From Asterias rubens (Eukaryota), in the NCBI RefSeq assembly GCF_902459465.1, contig NC_047069.1, positions 9,548,001 to 9,612,000 on the forward strand: DNA of 64,000 bases, in the 5' to 3' direction. The notes under the pieces were generated by a model. The model worked only from the letters and a program-made list of their open reading frames with translations. It was not told the DNA's origin and searched no databases. The translations under genes were made by a program, and so were the position numbers. How positions within the stretch are numbered: position 1 is the first letter of the stretch; each line of letters opens with the position of its first letter. Shown here piece by piece: positions 38,421 to 50,790 of this stretch.

Positions 38421-39834
38421 TGTAGAGATGGCAAAACTGATACACCTTCCAAGTGTAGAGAGGTGTGTGGATTATCAGTGTTAATTGCCCCCCCCCCCTT
38501 TTAATTTTGTAATAGAACTTTGACCCTACCTTTAGAATTAATGGATCAGTCCAAGATTGCCACATCAGCAGAGATACTCTGGACAGGATGTTGGTCTGGT
38601 CATTCTTATACCAGTGATGACCAGTAACAGACATTAAAGGAGTTTCTTCTAGATATATATCGTGACAGTGGTTTTTCATTATTCTTTACAGGTATGTTGA
38701 TTTTATTTTCTTTATTAATTCCATTGTGCTTTTTAATAGAACTATCTAGATTATTGAAGTTCATTATTTGATTTGTGTTATGAACTTGATCAAAACAATG
38801 TAACTTGAAGACAGTTGGGAGTTTTCACTCCAAGGTTACAAGATCAAGAAAGGATTTGTTTCAGACTTAAAAGACAGTTGAAATGAAGTTTAGAGTTTCC
38901 TTTGTTAAGTCATAATGGACAGTGATAATGATTTGATTTAGATGAAGTGAAATTGCTTTCTTTAAATACTGCTTGGACTTTATTTAGTATTTAAAGGTTA
39001 CTTTTATTTGCTAAGGTATCACTTTTCTAAGTTTGCTTTCAAGTGTTAAAGAGTACTTTATTCGTAATATAGACATTCATTACTAGTTTCTGTTTGAAGT
39101 ATTTGTTGGAAAGAACTGTAATGTTCTTTCAGATATATTTTAGTTTGGAAGTATTGTTAACCAGTACTTTGACCGAACTCCACGTATAGAGAATATTGGT
39201 AGCCAAAGACCATTGTTTATTGGAGGTTCAAGATCTTCCTATACTAGACCACACAGTGTGAGCCCAGTGGCTCTGAAGTTGTTTATTGGGTGGTGTTGCA
39301 GTAGGGCAGGAAGTGAGATCAGAAGGCAAGAACACCTATTTTCTTGTGAATACTTAAGTAGCTGTAGGCAAGAACACCTATTTTTCTTGTGAATATTTAA
39401 TTATCTATGCCTTGATCATTTACTGCAGGGACAAGATTGTAATGATTATAGGTTGAACCCCTGTTGAAATGAGTTATTGTGTATGCATTTAAAGGTGTTT
39501 GTTTTATGAAGTTTATTCTTTGAACCATTTTTGAACCGGATTTAGAGATCAGTACATTTAATTTAGTTATTTGTTAGAAGTAAGTTTGAGTTTTATGCAT
39601 TACATCTTCAGTAAAGTAAGTACATAGTTTTAAGATTGACAAGTACTTAATGTTTTGATAATAGTTGATGTAACGTCATTCTTATACCAGTGATGACCAG
39701 TAACAGACATTAAAGGAGTTTCTTCTAGATATATATCGTGACAGTGGTTTTTCATTATTCTTTACAGTGGTCATCAACCCGATTTTAATGTGCTCCGTTT
39801 AGATTGCCAGTTTGGTAATTTGGCGGGTGCAACA
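38421..39834 (+). repeat. 3' LTR (1414 bp)
   Basis: Line-by-line comparison to the 5' LTR gives 3 substitutions and one 1-bp indel. Confidence 0.98.
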
Positions 39835-42016
39835 CATGTATAACTTCTCATAGCTTTAAATGATAGACATGCATTAGGAATGATTCTGGTGTCTAATTCT
39901 GCTTACAAATTCAAACCAGGGTGAGCAAACTATTGTAGTTTCAAAGACACCAGTTAGCCACTAGGCAGGGTTTCCAAATTGAAAACCGGATCCCATGAAA
40001 GAGCCAGACACCTCCAGAATGATTTACCATGGTGTGTTTATTTTCAGCATTATGATAACCAACCCAACAATTTTGTTTCTGCATGTTACAGTGTACGTCC
40101 ACAAATATTTATAGATTTACACAGGACTTATATGGTGTTAATATGGTAATGGTCAACAACTTTCTTTTGACTAGTATTGCTTGAACAAAATAGTTTTGAT
40201 CTTATGAGTTGTTTGATCATAACTTTAATCAAGTTATTTGCCTCATTATACAACTACAACAGTTTTGAAAAATTAGTATAACAACTAGTTTTGATCTTGT
40301 GAGTTGCTTGTTCAAAATTAACATTAAAATTAATAACTTTAATCAAGTTATTTGCCTTATAAAACAACAAGTTTTTCAGGTCATGGAAATTACAAATTAC
40401 CAATATCGTCCTTGTGCTCTAAGTTTGTACATTGAAGTTGACAAATTTTCATTAAAAAAATGAACTCCTCCAAGTTCGTGTTTTGTTCATGGCTTATTTT
40501 TCTTCTATTAGTTTTTGTGAACAGTATTTCAATCACTTGTATTGTGCACTACTGTTTCATAAGGAAATTTATTCCATTGTTCCAATTCTCCAAACAACTG
40601 TAGCTATTTATAATTTTGGTTGTAGCTTAGTTTGGGACATTTTCTTAAAACTGATTTGATGATGATAAACTGAAGTTAAATAACTTTTTTGCCAGGGAAG
40701 AAAAAGAGTAACTTGGTGGTGTCTTTTCTAGTCTAGATGGCAACATGCATTCCTCGTTATGAAAAAGGCTCAAGTAGAGGGCCTTTAAAGCATCAACACT
40801 GTACTAGTTCATGTTTTTTGGTTGTATGTGTGTTGAGAAAACATGTTTTAAATGATTTATATTATCAAGAACATAAAAAAATAATTAACATCAACAAACA
40901 AATGAAATGGTTACATTCCTCACCTAAAAAAATATCATAATAATCAACATCACGGTGATAACACCCACACGATATTGCTTGGGTGGGAATCAAATTCAAA
41001 ACCTTTCCTACATAATTGTTTCAGATTACAAATAGAACAGTTTAATTATACATCTTCAAAAACTTCATCAATAGTAAGCAGGTATGTAAAATTAATTTTC
41101 ATAAAGGATACATTATGATGTGAGACAATGGAAAATGGTGTCATCATATCCTCATTCTGCTGTAAACTGCAGTCTTGATAAAACGGCAACGGCAACCATG
41201 GCAATTGTCATTAATCATAATGTGTGTCACTGTCAATCAGACTGTCAACGGGCCCAGGTCCTAACCATTTCTGACTGCCACCCCTTAAGAAGTAAAATTA
41301 CATCCTTAAATGTTCAGAGAGATCAAAAGAACACATGAAAAAGACTCTTTGAACTCTTAAAAGTGTCGAAGTCGCGAAAAGTAAACATTTTTGTCCGGGC
41401 TGACTCCATTGTTTACCTAAACGCCGTGGTTACTACATGCAACTTGCACGGCAAGTCCGGAGCTCCCGTGCGAGAGTTCCGGACTTGCCTCAAATTAATG
41501 TCCTCTTGAAGTTTCTCGATCTATTTTTACAACATTCAGTAAAAAGTGTTTTCAGCTACTAATTCCCTGACATGGGTATTTAAAAAAAAACTAAAGCCAA
41601 ACCCTTAAAAAGTGGCAGTCAAATGGAGACGGTCATCGCAGGGCAGTGTTGTCGTTCAATCTTGAAGGACCCCGGCCATTTTGTCACTGATTTCTAATCT
41701 GTACACAGCGCCCCGTTGCTGATTGGTTTCCAAGACCGAATCTGCGTATCAATAGTAAATGGCTTTTGTGTTTTTGGGTGGACCCCGGATTGAAATTGTA
41801 TGCCCATGTCCGAATTAGTGGAAGTATTATAGGATGGCCTTACCGTGCAAAAGTTAATATCAGTGGTTTACGGCAACTTCAAAATGAAACTCAATGGTTT
41901 TTACTTTTTATTTTTCAGGGAGCTGAGACTAGAAGTTGAATGGTCCCTGAAAAAAGCAAACATCCCCTAAATTGCACAGTCCATGTTTTTTATTACGCTT
42001 TTATTCATTTGTTTAA

Positions 42017-42293
42017 AGGCAGTGGACACATACGGTAATTAGTCAAAATATAATTATTATCCAGAACAATTTCTTAATTACGAGTAACGGGGAGAGGTTG
42101 ACGTTATAAAACATGGTGCGACAATGAGTGTTTTTCTTTCATTAGTATCTCGCAACTTTTCTTTCGTTAATATCTCGCAACTTCGACGACCAATTGAGCT
42201 CCAATTTTCACAGGTTTGCTATTTTATGCATTTGTTGAGATGCACCAACTGTCAAGACTAGTCTTTGAAAATTACCAATAGTGTCTAGTGTCT
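42017..42293. mobile_element. TTAA-flanked MITE, Kolobok-type (AG...CT termini)
   Basis: TTAA|AGGCAGTGGACAC..GGTAATT ... AATTACCAATAGTGTCTAGTGTCT|TTAA. Older relatives lie at ~43527-43878, ~52465-52633 and ~53090-53260. Confidence 0.75.
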
Positions 42294-44496
42294 TTAATTG
42301 TATATCGCAAACAACTACAAATTACGGAGGGTTTTGTTTTCTGTACATCAAAATTGCCGCTGTCGTAGTGCTTTTCAAGTTCTAATCCCTGGGGCGAGTT
42401 ATTCAAATAAGTGAACCAAAATTACAAGTAAAAAAATATTGGTTAAATTTATGGTTTTGTATTTCTCACAGTAAATTTTATGACATAATGTTAAACGTGT
42501 AACTCGCACTTAGCCTCGGTATTTGCGGCTCATTTTCAAACAATTTCTTAATTAATTATCCTTTGTTTGTTTGCTTTCCAATCATTTATAGCTATAAAAT
42601 GTTAATATTACCAAATAAAAATGTTTAGGTTACTGCTTAAATTTCAGTATTCGTTGGAATAAAATAACAAATTCACCTTCAGAAATGAGCAAAATTTAAT
42701 TGACTTTATTGTCACCACTCGAGCGCCCTCACTTGCCAGGTGTGTGCCAATCAAGTTATCGATCAGGGAGGGGCTTGACTTTTTTTTTTTGGGGGGGGGG
42801 TGAGAACTAGTCTTTTGTGACCAAGCCTTCAGCAGCATTTTCTGCTACACAGCTTCTGGGTTTTTTTTTTTGGGGGGGGGGGGTGAGAACTAGTCTTTTG
42901 TGACCAAGCCTTCAGCAGCATTTTCTGCTACACAGCTTTATGAAATTGATTCCAAATACATTTGGGATCCTGTGTGTTGTTCAGCTATTTTTCCCATAGA
43001 ACTTCCTTGTGGGATCAATTGTTCCTATTGAGATTGCCTTGTGGGATCCTTTGTTCTGTTGTTGGGATCCATTGTAATTAGGACCTACATTCAATGTAAG
43101 GACAGGCACACACATACTGCCTAGTCGCATACACTACGTTAACATCTTTTGCACTTACACTTTTACACATTCTTTAATACTGTAAAAAGCACTGCGCGGA
43201 CTTTGTGTAGGCTTAAGTCCCCAAATAAAGTGGAAACTTCGTATTAACACACCCTCACATATGGCAGTTAAGAGGAAACTTTTGTTGCTTAATTATTCCA
43301 TTTCCTAAAGAAATCCTCTGTGGGGTTGTATAGTAGAACAAAGACAACTTATAGGTTGCATTTCTTCCGTTGCAAAAATTACCCCGTAGATGCACACAGA
43401 GATGATGGAACACCTAAAGTACAATGGAAGCTTTTGTTAAATCTTTGTTCAAATGATTATCACAGCCAGGCACTTTTACTCTATACTTAATGCTTAGTCG
43501 GTGACGTAGAAGTCTTGAAAAACATGTTAATGGCACAGAGGGACACCTTTGGTAATTGTCAAAGACCAGTATTCTCACTTGGTGTATCCAAACATAATAA
43601 GAATAAAAACAACTACGTGAGTTTTTTCACTCAGTTGGTCATCCAAGTTGCAAGAGAATAATGAAAACAAAAAACAAAAAAATTTTTTTTTGTATGCCTA
43701 ATAAATGGCGACAAGCCATAAGTCTTTTAGTATACGAGTGAGAAATTGCCTCTCTCAAAAACCTTGTTACTTTAAAAAGAGCCATCTCTCACAATAATTT
43801 ATACTATCAACAGCCAAGTAAGTTTTATATTGACAATTAATTTTTAATTGAGTAATTACCAGCGTTCAGTGCCTTTAGGCATTGAATTACAACATGCCAG
43901 GACAGGGTCATTGGGAGTAAAACCACGTTAATACAAACTCAAATCCCGACAAGAAACACCTTATTTTGATAACAGTTGTCATAAGTTTTGTTTATTATTT
44001 TGCTCTGCTGCAAAACACATGAAAATGTCAATTCATTGATTCACACTTCTTATGAAATATATGTTGAATGAATGGCTAGAACCTTCACACAGTCATATTG
44101 TGCAGTTTAATGTCTATCATCAATATTACATTAAAATCTTAAAACATGACAACACTGCAATTAATATTGTTAAAAAACACTATCTTAATTTTGTTTTTAT
44201 CCATACACCGATGTGTACTCAGTACTTTCCCCGAGTCCTGTAAAAAAAATATGACAGGCATCACTGTACAGGACTCGGGAAAGTACTGAGTATACAGTGC
44301 TAACACACATCCGTGTATGGGTAAAAACCAAAAATTAATATTCTTTATCCCCGATGCAAATTTAACATCTATTATATAGTTGCGGTACCTGCTATATACA
44401 GTGCTAACACACATCCGTGTATGGGTAAAAACCAACATTAATATTCTTTATCCCGATGCAAATTTAACATCTATTATATAGTTGCGGTACCTGCTA

Positions 44497-44828
44497 TACA
44501 GTGCTAACACACATCGGTGTATGGGTAAAAACCAACATTAATATTCTTTATCCCGATGCAAATTTAACATCTATTATATAGTTGCGGTACCTGCTGCCAA
44601 AACATAGGATTCAAACTGCCTCTAGCTACCGGGCAACCTCGGTAGTCTAGATGGTAAGACACTGCTCTAGAATTGCAAGGGTCGTGGGTTCGAATCCCAC
44701 CCGAGTAACATGCCTGTGATATTTTTTCACAGGACTCGGGAAAGTACTGAGTATATACAGTGCTAACACACATCGGTGTATGGGTAAACCAACATTAATA
44801 TTCTTTATCCCCGATGCAAATTTAACAT
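44497..44828 (+). mobile_element. tRNA-derived SINE-like element with ~75-bp terminal direct repeats; extra tail copies at 44293-44496
   Basis: 44636-44707 has 72-nt tRNA geometry (D stem GTCT/AGAC, T arm GTGGG-TTCGAAT-CCCAC) with mismatched acceptor and anticodon stems, and a T6 run at 44722-44727. A minus-strand copy lies at ~53270-53395. Confidence 0.8.
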
Positions 44829-45175
44829 ATATTAAATATTTCAAAGTCACTCAAAGGATCAATATGAAAAGAATATTCCTGTGGGACTTGGGGTCCAGTG
44901 TATACGGTCAATGACAAATCATTTTTCAAATGTGTGTGTCTTCTTTATTGACCACAATTGTTAATTTGTTTTCATCACGCGTGGGATAACTGAAAACCAA
45001 AATATTGTTTTTAAAAAACCAGTCTTCAAGTCTTAAGTTTTCATTTTAAATGATGCATTCACGAGAAGTTCAGTAATAAACCCACAAACCAAGACAAAAT
45101 ATCAAGAGCAGTTAGAAATTGTTGTATTTTTTATATTTTTTTATTAAATATGTCTGTAATAAATTTGATTTATTA

Positions 45176-45369
45176 TTATGTAATTGGGTTTATGCGCATT
45201 TCTAAATTGACCCATTTGGCAGGCAACTTCTGCTTGAGGCTCTCTAGCATCTCTGGTGGTGGTGGGCGGGGCAGACGGAAGTACACCTTAACCGAGTCAT
45301 AGATGAACCATTGTAGAGCAGTCAGGGTACCAATCATAACGATACGTGGGACCAGACCCTTCCACAAAC
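45176..45369 (-). pseudogene. SLC25A3: Mitochondrial phosphate carrier, last exon
   Basis: ttttaag|GT TTG TGG... encodes [48 protein letters not shown], near-identical to the PiC C-terminus, with an aberrant C-terminal extension. Confidence 0.95.
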
Positions 45370-46477
45370 CTTAAAAGGACAAGAAAAGAGATCAAGTAGA
45401 GACTGGATTAATTGAATTATTAACATCTGGATTATTAATACAAGTCTGGATACTAACCGAGACAATACATGTGAGGATTTTCAAATGAATCCCATCATGA
45501 ATGATAAGTAAAAAGCCCAGTGTCACAATTAGCCTTTATGAGGTTTGGTGGCCACTACAGCAGTGCACTGTGTGGTTTGGGTGCATACAGACAGATTTAC
45601 ACAAACCATACAGTGCTTGTAGTAGTGTGTCCACCATATCTCAAAATGGCTTTTGAAACCCCTTGCTACATTTAAAAAAAACAAACGTCCCCATCACAAG
45701 CATGACACCATGTGTACAAAGTTGACCAAATGCCTTGACACCTTCACTTGAATCTAACATCAACAAAGAACATGTTGATGAAGATTGGTGGTGAACGTCG
45801 AGCCTTAAAAAGGTCACCACAATATGTACTATTTTGCTCATAGCGGAGGTATTCTACTCTTACACACCAATGACTCAAGCACTCCCCATGGAACATCAAC
45901 ATAGAACAGGTTGATGCAGATGGGTGGCGAACGTCGAGCCATAAAAAGGTCATCACAATATGTACTATTTTGCTCATAGCGGAGGTATGACACACCAATG
46001 ACTCAAGCACTCCCCATGGAACATAACATTAACAGTGTTGCTGAATGGCTCTACAGAAAGTCACCCATTACATGATAACTAAACTGTAATACCAACCCAA
46101 GGGCGGATCTAAGGAAGTGTGTGAGGTACATTCATGCAATAAAAACCATGTCGCACTGTAGAAAGTACCTGATACTGAGAGTAAAATGCATCTTGCGCCA
46201 CCCTTCCCTCCCCTCCTTAGACTCTGACACGGTACATGTTCACGATGCGAGTAAGAACAAAGTGTGGTGCAGGATTGCGGACTCTGTGCAATACACAGCC
46301 AATAGCTGGTGAAAATAAAAACATGCAGGCGACTCAAACTTTTGCTTGATTTGTCCAACCCTATGTGCATAAATACTCTTCTCTGCACAATTTTATATAA
46401 GTTTAGAGTTGTCAGCTAGTACAACATATGTTAATAAAAATTTCAGGATAACGAAAAGAAGAAAAAAAATCACTTAC

Positions 46478-46650
46478 CAATGTAACCTACTAAGAAGGTG
46501 ACCACAAGCTGTTCTGATTTGGTGCATTCGGAGCGTGGCTTCGGTACTACATTTTTGTATAAGAACTCTACAGGTCTCTCAAAGCAAGCAAACTTCATCA
46601 TTGTGTATGGGATTTGCCTCAACCAGAGTGGAGGAAGACCTTAGTAGAAT
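46478..46650 (-). pseudogene. SLC25A3: Mitochondrial phosphate carrier internal exon with in-frame stop
   Basis: cccatag|A TTC TAC TAA GGT... reads FY*GLPPLWLRQIPYTMMKFACFERPVEFLYKNVVPKPRSECTKSEQLVVTFLVGYI|gtaagt. TAA at 46641-46643 replaces the conserved Lys. Confidence 0.95.
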
Positions 46651-47018
46651 CTATGGGAGAAAGGTTTAGAAATGTTCTATAAACTCGCATATAAGTTTTG
46701 AAATAAACTATATACACCAAAAAGTCAAAACAACCGAGGTAGTAAACAATGCACAGAACTAAACAAAACAAATCAAGTCTTCTTGCCTATGGGCCTGGAA
46801 TGGTATGACCATTGCCCAATTTTATGAAGCACAAAAAACCCGCTAAGCGTAAGAACAGAATGCTAAGCAAAAACAGGTTACCAGCCAACATTTCATGATG
46901 TTCCAGTGGTGCCACTGGTTCCACCCATATCTATTGCTTTGCAAAGAAACTACTTAAGCAGAATTTTGGCCCTGGTCCAATATAAAAAATAACTATTATA
47001 AAATTGTAAATGACCTAC

Positions 47019-47227
47019 CCTCTAATACCTTCCACGGCCCAAAGCTTTGGTGCACCCTCCCTTAATGTCTTTGCGTTTCCTGGCATTGTTTGAATGTGCA
47101 CCTTGACTGCTTCCATCATTGACAGTTCAATGTCAGCAAAGAACTCTGCACTTGCAGAGGCTGTTAGGTACAATGATGTTCCATACACAAAAGTACGTTC
47201 CTCACCCAATAAGTTGCTGTAAAGCAT
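47019..47227 (-). pseudogene. SLC25A3: Mitochondrial phosphate carrier internal exon
   Basis: cacag|MLYSNLLGEERTFVYGTSLYLTASASAEFFADIELSMMEAVKVHIQTMPG...EGIRG|gtaggt. It is phase-compatible with the next exon, and the carrier signature PxExxKxR is degraded to MMEAVKVH. Confidence 0.93.
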
Positions 47228-47859
47228 CTGTGATGAGAAGAAACAAAAAGTTAAATCTAGTTTACCTTTAATCATTTTGATGACACAAAAATGATCCATA
47301 GTGTACTAGAAGTTCAAAAGTATTATTTTTATTATTAAAACATAGTTAGAATATAGGCCTACACTAAAAATAACCTACAGAAAAGTTATATTTGTAATTA
47401 AGTAACAGTATTTTTATAACATAATTAGACATTAGGCCTTTTCACACTATCGAACTTCGATCCGTGTCAAACCTTATCCGGATAGGGTTGGTTTTAAAAT
47501 TTCAACACGGATATACACTAGCTTTTACGCTAGCTCTATAGGAAATCAGCTTTTTGGTTACTTGTGTGACTTCTGTTGTAATACGGCTTGTTATTAGAAG
47601 AGCGCCCTCACGAGGCCGTGTGTAACAAGTAAATGTTGTATGCAGGCGGCCATGTTTTAAGGGATACACACTTAACTGTATTAAATGAGCTACAGCAATA
47701 AAAGCATTAAATCAAGTTCAATCTTCAGCCATCTGGCCTCCTGAATTATTACAACTTCCAATCCGGATATTGTGCGACCGTTTCACACTGCAAACAGGGA
47801 TCAAAGCAGGACAGGGCTACTTTTTAAGAACGCAGCACCTCTTGAAAAAAGAGGCGTTT

Positions 47860-50790
47860 TTAAAATACGTGAATATTCATGCTGCATGTACGTAGGTTCA
47901 GTGCATGCACGCTCACTTACGGGCGCACATACATGTAGTACAGTCATGTACATATCCGCCGAAAGGTTTTTGCATAGCCCCGGAAAAGATTGCATGTGCA
48001 AAAGTATCCAGAGCGGACAGTATTGCATGGCGAACACAAATGCATCTGTCACAGGTATGGTCAAATTTCAGATTTGGGGTCAACAAATATTATATGATTT
48101 TAAGGTTCCAATTGATGCAGAACGGACTACTGAAGACATGTTATCAGTCTAGACTGGGCATAAAACCAAAATATTCAGATTTATTGAGAAATTTGTGAGT
48201 TTGGATTTTTAGTCCAAAATGAAATAATTTGACCATGCCGGTATAGTCAAATGTTCAGATTTGGGGTCAACAAATTTCCGATTATTTAATGATTCCCAAT
48301 GATACAGAACAGACTACTAAAGACATTTTATCAGTCGAGACAAGGTATACAACCAAAATGGTCTGATTTATTGTGAATTTTGTATGTATGGATTTTTGGT
48401 TCGAAATAAAATAATTCGACCATGTGCCAGTATGGTAAAATATTCAGATTTGGGGTCAACAAAGTGCCGATGATTTCATGGTTCCCAAAGATACAGACCA
48501 GACTACGGACGACATTTATCAGTCCAGACTGGGTATATAACCAAAACGATTTAGATTTATTGAGGAATTTGGGAGTTTTGATTTTTGGTCAGAAATGAAA
48601 AAATCTACCATGCCGATATGGTCAAAATTTCAGATTTGGGGTCATCAAATTTCTGATGATTTCATGGTTCCCAATGATACAGAACAGACTACTGAAGACA
48701 TTTTATCAGTCGAGACTGGGTATACAACCAAAATATTCAGATATATTGAGAAACTTGTGAGTTTGGATTTTTATTGCATATGCACAAAAATCCCCTGAAC
48801 GGTTTTGCATATATGCAATAGTGTCCGCCCAGACGCTGCTGCATAATGAAATTGTGTCCTCCCGGACACATTTGCGTATGCAGTTGTGTAGCTCAGAGCA
48901 AAACTGTCCCTGCAGTAAATTAAATGCCCTTGGTCGACGGTACACGTTCGCCATTTTTTTTTTACAAGCTGTATGTAAGAGCATGTCATGAATGACATGA
49001 GAAATACTCATGCTGCATAAACGGAGGTTCAGTGCATGCACGCTTGCTTACGCGCGCACATACATGTAGTACAGTCAAGTACATGTCCGCCAGAAGGTTT
49101 TTGCATAGCCCCATACACGATTGCATGTGCAATTGTATCAGAAGCGGACAGTATTGCATGGCGAACACAATTGCATCTGGCAACGGTATGGTCAAATTTC
49201 AGATTTGAGGTCAACAAATTTCCAATGATTTCATGGTTCCCAATAATACAGAACAGACTACTGAAGACATTTTATCAGTGCTGACTGGGTTAATGAGTAA
49301 AAGTTCAAGATATATTTGGATTTTTGTGAAGTTCTCAATTAAACTTCCTCTATAGTAGGTTCCAGTTAAATATTGGAAGACAAAATCAACCAAGTGTTGT
49401 CCCATTGGTTGCCATTGTTGAAAGTATTTGCAGAGACTTCTGCTTTTTATGGGGAAAAAGAGTTATTACATGTGCATATATAATCAAGATTACTAGCAGA
49501 AAAGCAAACAGTAAGCATGGATTACCTTAAGGCTATATGCTGTATGCATCATCAGAGGCGCAGAGACTCTTGGACTATATGGAAAGCAGCAAGTAGTACA
49601 AGTGGAATGGTGCAGGTAAGATTGCAGGGCGGGAAGAAGAGGCGTAGGGTGTAGAGGTGGCAACTGTCTTGTCTCAGCTTTTCCCTGCAGTTTGGAGGGA
49701 AAATGACCTAACACAGTGTTATTAAAACAGTTCAGAATAAATTCTTAAACTGATTTTTGACCAAGCTTTATTAAAAAACCAATGATTTTGTTTAGGAAAG
49801 ATCAAATAATTTGTTTAAAGGATGAATTATATCCTGTATATTTCAATAATGCAATCAGGAAGTAGCTACGATATCTCAAAGTGAGTTCAATGTGTGAAGA
49901 TTTTGATAATACAGATTGTCCTAAATGTTGGTACAATGGACCCTTCCCATGAAATATGCTAATTACATTCACGCATGCGTACAGACCCTGTTGGTTGGCA
50001 AACGCCATAGAGTTGTGCACTAAGCAGACGCGCAATCGTGTCTGCGTCACGCACCCATTAGCTGTGTACAAAACAGCGCGATGTTCCCTCATTTTGCCAA
50101 CCAAAACGTTAGTGCGCACGCGCTACGTGCAATTTACATATTTCATGGCAAGGGTCTATTACATTTCAAGTGTAACAGTCCAAAGTGTGCGGTGCTAGTA
50201 TTTCAAGTCTGTATCTAGTATACAATACTTCTTGTACCAATTTAATTTCACTTTTCAGTTCACACAGTTTCACGAGTCATCTAAATGTTATTGTTGTGAA
50301 CCATTTTGATGGTTGAGAGGGTGGGCTAACACTTTACCAAAATCTCCAACAACAAAAAAGCTGAAAATTGCCTGCTATTGAGAGTTGGCTGACCAAATTG
50401 TCCAACGCTGAAAATGTTTCCAGTGAAACAGAGAGAGTGTTTGTCTCTTAAAGGTTGACTCGCTGATGAGATCAGGGGAAGTCGGAAGGCATGAAGACAG
50501 ACAAACATTTGAGAAGCACCCAGTGAAATTCAGTCACCCATCAGTGGCACAGGGATGAAGTGTTCAAATGATACAGAACGGAATACTGAACACATTTTAT
50601 CTCTGTGGAAAGGGTATATGAGAAACAATTTGAGATTTATTGAGAACTTTGTGAAGTTGAATTTTTAGTCAAAAATATAAAAACATCTGTGATGCCGGCA
50701 TCAAAACATTTTCAGATTTTGGGTCAAAAATGTTCATTGATTTTATCAAAATGATACAGAATGGACTACTGAAAACATTTTATCAAGGCA
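47860..50790. repeat. ~185-bp satellite (four tandem copies 48055-48775, more at ~49185 and ~50560-50785) with a duplicated ~200-bp leader (47860-48060, 49000-49190)
   Basis: The core GGTCAAATTTCAGATTTGGGGTCAACAAAT..GATACAGAACAGACTACTGAAGACATTTTATCAGTC repeats. An inverted copy lies at 52271-52420. Confidence 0.85.

Larger units (their letters stand above)
30337..39834 (+). mobile_element. Full-length Ty3/Gypsy LTR retrotransposon (9498 bp) with 4-bp TSD CATG
   Basis: TG...CA LTR pair; CATG at 30333-30336 and 39835-39838; PBS, PPT, gag and pol present, with domain order PR-RT-RH-IN. Confidence 0.99.

Noticed and set aside
42780-42940. ~75-bp direct duplication starting with poly-T/poly-G
   Set aside because: An ordinary slippage-type local duplication, or a homopolymer assembly artefact.
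44636-44707. Functional tRNA-Ser(AGA) gene
   Set aside because: Acceptor pairs 1:72 and 2:71 and anticodon-stem pairs 27:43 and 31:39 are mismatched, there is no long variable arm, and dispersed diverged copies exist, so it is a SINE head.
49520-49710. Candidate N-terminal exon of the SLC25A3 pseudogene
   Set aside because: It has AG/GT-like borders but no frame gives recognisable PiC sequence.
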